DNA of 64,000 nt from Pseudomonadota bacterium (lineage in GTDB: Bacteria; Verrucomicrobiota; Verrucomicrobiia; Limisphaerales; SXTU01), in assembly GCA_009922615.1 (NCBI GenBank), contig RFVF01000006.1, forward strand, positions 34,609 through 98,608, in the 5' to 3' direction. The translations under genes were made by a program, and so were the position numbers. The first letter of the stretch is position 1. Each line of letters begins with the position of its first letter. Positions 62,921-64,000 of this stretch are shown one piece after another. Below the pieces are notes generated by a model, which searched no databases, had not been told where the DNA came from, and saw only the letters and a list, made by a program, of their open reading frames with translations.

Positions 62921-64000
62921 GCGTGCCGCGTCCTACCTCACCGTGGTGTAGGCTGGCTGGGGTCTGGCTCCTTCAGCTCCTCGCGGTTTTCGCGCTCGCC
63001 CAGCCGCGCGTGGTCATCAACGAAATCCACTTTGACCCACCGGAGAAGAAGCCGCTGGAGTTCATCGAACTGCATAACGCCGGCGACGCGCCCGCGCACT
63101 TGCTTGGGTGGCAGTTGGAGAAATTCAAATTCCCGGAAACCACGCTCGCACCGGGTGGCTTCGTCGTAGTTGCGCAGGACCCGGTGGCGTTTCAGAAAGC
63201 CTACGGCTTCGCGCCGCTGGGACCATTGCCGGGCAAGCTGAAGAACAACGGCGAGCGCATCACGTTGCGCGACGCGGGCGGGCAGCTCGTGGATGAATTG
63301 CGCTACGGTGCGGGTTTTCCGTGGCCGACGGCGAGCGTCGGCGCCGGCTCGTCGCTGGAGCGCGTGCATCCGGCGCTGCCCGGCAAGTGGCCCGGTTCGT
63401 GGCGTGCTTCCGGGTTCCGCGTGGAGGGCGGGAGCGTGAACAAACCGCCGACGCCGGGCAAAACCAACTCCGTTTTCACGACGCAAATCCCCCCGGCCGT
63501 CGAGGCCGTCGCGCACACGCCGCAACAGCCGCGCGCAGGCGAGTCCGTCACCGTCACGGTGCGGCTGGCCGAAACGCGCGGCTGGACGGGCGCGAAGTTG
63601 TTCGTGCAAACCGTCGAGCCGGGCGCATACGTGCGCAAGACCGACCCGGCGTATGAGAAGTATTGGCGTGAGTTCGCGATGCGCGATGATGGCCATGATG
63701 GTGATGCGAGGGCAGGGGACGGCGTTTTCACAGTGGTGGTGCCTGGTGAGGTGCAAAAGCATCGGCGCCTGCTGCGCTACCGCATCGTCTTGACGGCGGA
63801 AGGCGGGTCCGCCGTGCGGCTGCCTTACTTGGATGATGACTGTCCGAACTTCGCGTGGTTTTGCTACGACGGCGTGCCGGCGTGGACGGGCGCGAGCCAG
63901 CCGGGCAAGACGCCGCCACTGACTTTTTCCTCCGAGTTCCTCACCACACTGCCAGTGTATCACCTGCTCGCGCGGCACGAGGACGTGGAGCGCAGCCAGT
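62917..64000 (+). CDS. Secreted lamin-tail-domain (LTD) protein, probably CotH-family downstream; 3' end outside the window
   Basis: It is not in the ORF track because it has no stop in the window. I translated the frame by hand from the GTG at 62917 (GTGA overlap with the receiver stop) to 63999 and found no stop. Signal-like LAGVWLLQLLAVFALAQP. LTD block VVINEIHFDP...EFIELHNAG...NNGERITLRD. Later ...RRLLRYRIVL...CPNFAWFCYDGVPAW. The 346-aa antisense ORF is the usual GC-rich shadow. Confidence 0.7.
   Translation, partial: MSVPRPTSPWCRLAGVWLLQLLAVFALAQPRVVINEIHFDPPEKKPLEFIELHNAGDAPAHLLGWQLEKFKFPETTLAPGGFVVVAQDPVAFQKAYGFAPLGPLPGKLKNNGERITLRDAGGQLVDELRYGAGFPWPTASVGAGSSLERVHPALPGKWPGSWRASGFRVEGGSVNKPPTPGKTNSVFTTQIPPAVEAVAHTPQQPRAGESVTVTVRLAETRGWTGAKLFVQTVEPGAYVRKTDPAYEKYWREFAMRDDGHDGDARAGDGVFTVVVPGEVQKHRRLLRYRIVLTAEGGSAVRLPYLDDDCPNFAWFCYDGVPAWTGASQPGKTPPLTFSSEFLTTLPVYHLLARHEDVERSQ

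Overview
This is a visibly GC-rich chromosomal window. It most likely comes from a member of the PVC superphylum (Verrucomicrobiota-like). The evidence for that is two DUF1501 / PSCyt-DUF1549-DUF1553 gene pairs, three Pirellula/Verrucomicrobium-type 'membrane-bound dehydrogenase' beta-propeller paralogs, and many Tat or lipoprotein signals. I support about 50 protein-coding genes, 2 tRNAs (Ala-GGC, Tyr-GTA), one good intrinsic terminator and a set of short dispersed repeats or hairpins.

Gene content:
- Housekeeping genes: a MetE-like fragment, HDAC-family deacetylase, YebC, RluA-family synthase, PpiD-like chaperone, RsmH, TatD, peroxiredoxin and a serine/threonine dehydratase.
- A roughly 10 kb minus-strand block of secreted esterase, lectin, DUF1553 and DUF1501 genes.
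- A sugar-acid or fucose-like catabolic cluster.
- Four stand-alone receiver proteins, one of them in a histidine kinase - receiver - LTD/CotH-like operon.

The most interesting system is at 16.4-19.9 kb. It is a Pup/UBact-type protein-tagging locus: a Dop/PafA-family enzyme, a 57-aa UBact-like tag ending in ...RTGQ, and a catalytically intact proteasome beta subunit. Its architecture is non-canonical. A two-TM GrpE-domain protein sits where the AAA unfoldase is normally encoded. No alpha subunit, second ligase or AAA ATPase occurs anywhere in the window.

Secondary observations:
- A 146-bp three-way structured element with perfect 19-bp terminal inverted repeats ends one nucleotide short of the ATG of a gene (one unpaired G between).
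- Several tandem heptanucleotide arrays lie at gene boundaries or in frame inside CDSs.
- An identical 15-nt motif lies upstream of yebC and of the first gene of the UBact operon.
- An in-frame low-GC insertion lies in a DUF1549/DUF1553 gene.
- A degraded HNH-like remnant lies in a low-GC patch near tRNA-Tyr.

All calls are from reading the sequence and ORF translations by eye. No searches were run, and start codons are often uncertain because the ORF track uses ATG, GTG and TTG.
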